Part shown: positions 30,446 to 32,000 of the stretch, piece by piece
Position numbering within the stretch: the stretch's first letter is position 1
Layout of the letters: each line of letters begins with the position of its first letter
Origin: Methanococcus maripaludis
GTDB lineage: Archaea; AGJL01; Methanococci; Methanococcales; Methanococcaceae
Direction of reading: 5' to 3'
Assembly (NCBI RefSeq): GCF_002945325.1
Contig: NZ_CP026606.1
Span: 1,020,001 to 1,052,000, forward strand
DNA length: 32,000 nucleotides
The notes under the pieces: model-generated
Databases searched by the model: none
What the model saw: only the letters and a program-made list of their open reading frames with translations
Told to the model about the DNA's origin: nothing
Program-made: the position numbers and the translations under genes

Positions 30446-30475
30446 TTTTGCGGGGAACCAAAAGGACTCGTAAAA
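30446..30475 (+). promoter_or_regulatory. candidate SECIS element in the vhuD 3' UTR
   Basis: TTTTGCGGG-GAA-CC-aaaa-GG-A-CTCGTAAAA. It has a 9-bp lower stem (two G.U pairs), a GAA/A internal loop and only a 2-bp upper stem. It lies 23 nt after the vhuD stop. Confidence 0.5.
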
Positions 30476-30522
30476 TGACTGCCCTCTGTGTAGGGAATTT
30501 TTAACAATCACAAGGTGATTAA

Positions 30523-31389
30523 ATGGCAGATAAAGTTAAGGTAGGCATTATACAACTCTGCGGATGCTCTGGATGCCATATATCACTACTTGATTTACAC
30601 GAAGGCCTTTTGGACGTTCTTCCAGCTTTGGAAATTGTATACGCTCCAATCATTGCTGACGTAAAAGAAATTCCTGATGTTGACGTATTCTTAGTCGAAG
30701 GCGGAGTAAGAAGCGAACACGATGAACACTTGATTCATGAAATCAGGGAAAAATCAAAAGTAGTGATTGCATGGGGATCCTGTGCAGCTTTCGGAGGTAT
30801 TCCGGGACTTGGCAATATGTATACTCCAGAACAACTTAAAGAAACAGTTTATACGACAGTTTCAACAGATAACCCTGGAGTTATTCCAACTGAAGGAGTT
30901 CCTGAACTAACTACTGAGGTAAGGGCTATTTCTGATGTAGTTAAAGCAGATTACGTAATTCCTGGATGTCCTCCAAAACCTGCACTAACCGCAGGGGCAA
31001 TTGTTGCATTATTGGAAGGAAAAGATCCAGTATTACCGACAAAAATTGTATGTGATGAATGTCCAAGAACAAAAGAGAATGTATTCCCTAAAGAGTTCAA
31101 GAGATCCTTTGAAGGAACTCCTGATCCAGAGAAATGTCTCTTTGAACAAGGATACACATGCATGGGTATGGCTACAAGAGCAGGCTGTGGTGCAATGTGT
31201 CCATCAGCAAATATGCCTTGTAGAGGATGCTACGGTAAAACTGATGAAACTTTGGATCAAGGGGCAGCAGCTGCAAACACTTATGCAAATGCAGGAGAAG
31301 CAGCGCTTGAAATCCCGGATAAGGTTGCAACACTAAACAGATTCACGTTACCTGTTGCTTTAGTATCCAAAAAAATCCAAAAAGAATAA
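30523..31389 (+). CDS. vhuG: F420-non-reducing [NiFe(Se)] hydrogenase small subunit VhuG
   Basis: VGIIQLCGCSGCHISLLDL and GSCAAFGGIPG are NiFe-hydrogenase small-subunit Fe-S motifs. 288 aa. AAGGTGA RBS. Confidence 0.88.
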   Translation: MADKVKVGIIQLCGCSGCHISLLDLHEGLLDVLPALEIVYAPIIADVKEIPDVDVFLVEGGVRSEHDEHLIHEIREKSKVVIAWGSCAAFGGIPGLGNMYTPEQLKETVYTTVSTDNPGVIPTEGVPELTTEVRAISDVVKADYVIPGCPPKPALTAGAIVALLEGKDPVLPTKIVCDECPRTKENVFPKEFKRSFEGTPDPEKCLFEQGYTCMGMATRAGCGAMCPSANMPCRGCYGKTDETLDQGAAAANTYANAGEAALEIPDKVATLNRFTLPVALVSKKIQKE

Positions 31390-31430
31390 ACAAATACTTT
31401 CAAAAAACATAATTTAAGGATGGTGACTCT

Positions 31431-32000
31431 ATGGGTAAGGTTACTATCGAACCTCTATCCCGTTTAGAAGGGCACGGTAAGGTTTCAATAACCTTAGATG
31501 ATGCGGGAAAACCAACAGATGTAAAATTACATATTACTGCCCTTAGAGGATTCGAACAGTTTGTTGTAGGACGACCTGCAGAGGAAGTACCAAGAATAGT
31601 ACCAAGAATTTGTGGAATTTGCCAGACTCCGCACCACTTGGCAAGTGTTAAAGCAGTAGATGCTGCATGGGGTGCAGAAGTACCAAGTGCAGCCGAAAAA
31701 TTAAGAGAATTAATGCATCTTGGAAACATGATGCATTCTCACGCATTGCACTTCTATTACTTGGCAGCTCCTGACTTTGTACTTGGTCCTGATTCAGATC
31801 CTGCAGCTAGAAACATTATTGGAGTTATTGGCGCAGCTCCTGAAGTTGCTAAAAAAGCAATTGCAATGAGACGAGTTGGTCAATCAATTGTTGAAACAAT
31901 TGGTGGTAGAGCAATTCACCCTGTTACAGGAGTTCCTGGTGGGGTATCCAAAGCATTGAGCGAAGAAAAAAGAGACGAATTATTAAAAGAAATTGACGAA
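31431..32000 (+). CDS. vhuA: F420-non-reducing [NiFeSe] hydrogenase large subunit VhuA, N-terminal 190 codons (continues beyond the window)
   Basis: My translation is MGKVTIEPLSRLEGHGKV...VPRICGICQTPHHLASV, which contains the L1 NiFe-binding motif RICGIC. GGTGA lies 4 nt upstream. The frame is open to the window end, so the gene is not in the ORF track. Confidence 0.88.
   Translation, partial: MGKVTIEPLSRLEGHGKVSITLDDAGKPTDVKLHITALRGFEQFVVGRPAEEVPRIVPRICGICQTPHHLASVKAVDAAWGAEVPSAAEKLRELMHLGNMMHSHALHFYYLAAPDFVLGPDSDPAARNIIGVIGAAPEVAKKAIAMRRVGQSIVETIGGRAIHPVTGVPGGVSKALSEEKRDELLKEIDE

Noticed and set aside
30159-30461. 100-aa minus-strand ORF
   Set aside because: It is antisense to vhuD. The plus strand encodes a recognisable MvhD/VhuD sequence once the two TGAs are read as Sec, and the minus-strand product has no features or RBS.
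5661-32000. Search for CRISPR repeats, transposase/integrase genes, toxin-antitoxin pairs or defence-island signatures
   Set aside because: I found no regularly spaced direct repeats, no DDE/tyrosine-recombinase-like ORFs, no compositional island and no tRNA-flanked insertion. tRNA-Sec has intact flanks and housekeeping neighbours.

Overview
The window comes from an AT-rich methanogenic archaeon of the genus Methanococcus. rRNA signatures, GGTGA-type ribosome-binding sites matching the 16S 3' end GGATCACCTCCT, and gene content all support this. From memory only, the gene order matches the M. maripaludis hdrA-vhu to hisF locus.

Layout:
- 1-5660: two rRNA operons in direct tandem. The tail of one operon (23S 3' end plus 5S) is followed by a complete 16S-23S-5S operon with no spacer tRNA.
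- 5.7-12 kb: hisF, a MinD/ParA-like ATPase and two large divergently transcribed secreted proteins of unknown function.
- 12-17.6 kb: a small wHTH regulator translationally coupled to a SAM-methyltransferase, a tight hmdII-like / small GTPase / Roadblock operon, and a LysR regulator divergent from a PLP-fold enzyme.
- 17.7-21.7 kb: a conserved information-processing cluster of PCNA, GINS, L44e, S27e, aIF2-alpha and Nop10, followed by an ArfB-like gene and a Cys-rich protein.
- 21.7-27.2 kb: a hypothetical protein, tRNA-Sec, homoserine dehydrogenase, an ACT-domain protein, a Na+/solute symporter with a small subunit, and CDP-archaeol synthase.
- 27.2-32 kb: a 650-bp structured noncoding region, then the start of the selenoprotein operon hdrA(Sec)-vhuD(2 Sec)-vhuG-vhuA.

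The main result missed by the ORF track is UGA-to-selenocysteine recoding. hdrA is split into two ORFs by an in-frame TGA. vhuD is missing from the track because it has two in-frame TGAs. Both genes are followed by 3'-UTR hairpins with a GAA/A internal loop, the archaeal SECIS type, and a tRNA with anticodon UCA lies 5 kb away.

I saw no CRISPR array, transposase, integrase or obvious defence island. The least-explained parts are the G-run-rich hairpin region upstream of hdrA, the hmdII-GTPase-Roadblock operon and the secreted-protein/MinD-like module. All ORFs inside the rRNA genes, and most short antisense ORFs, are artefacts.
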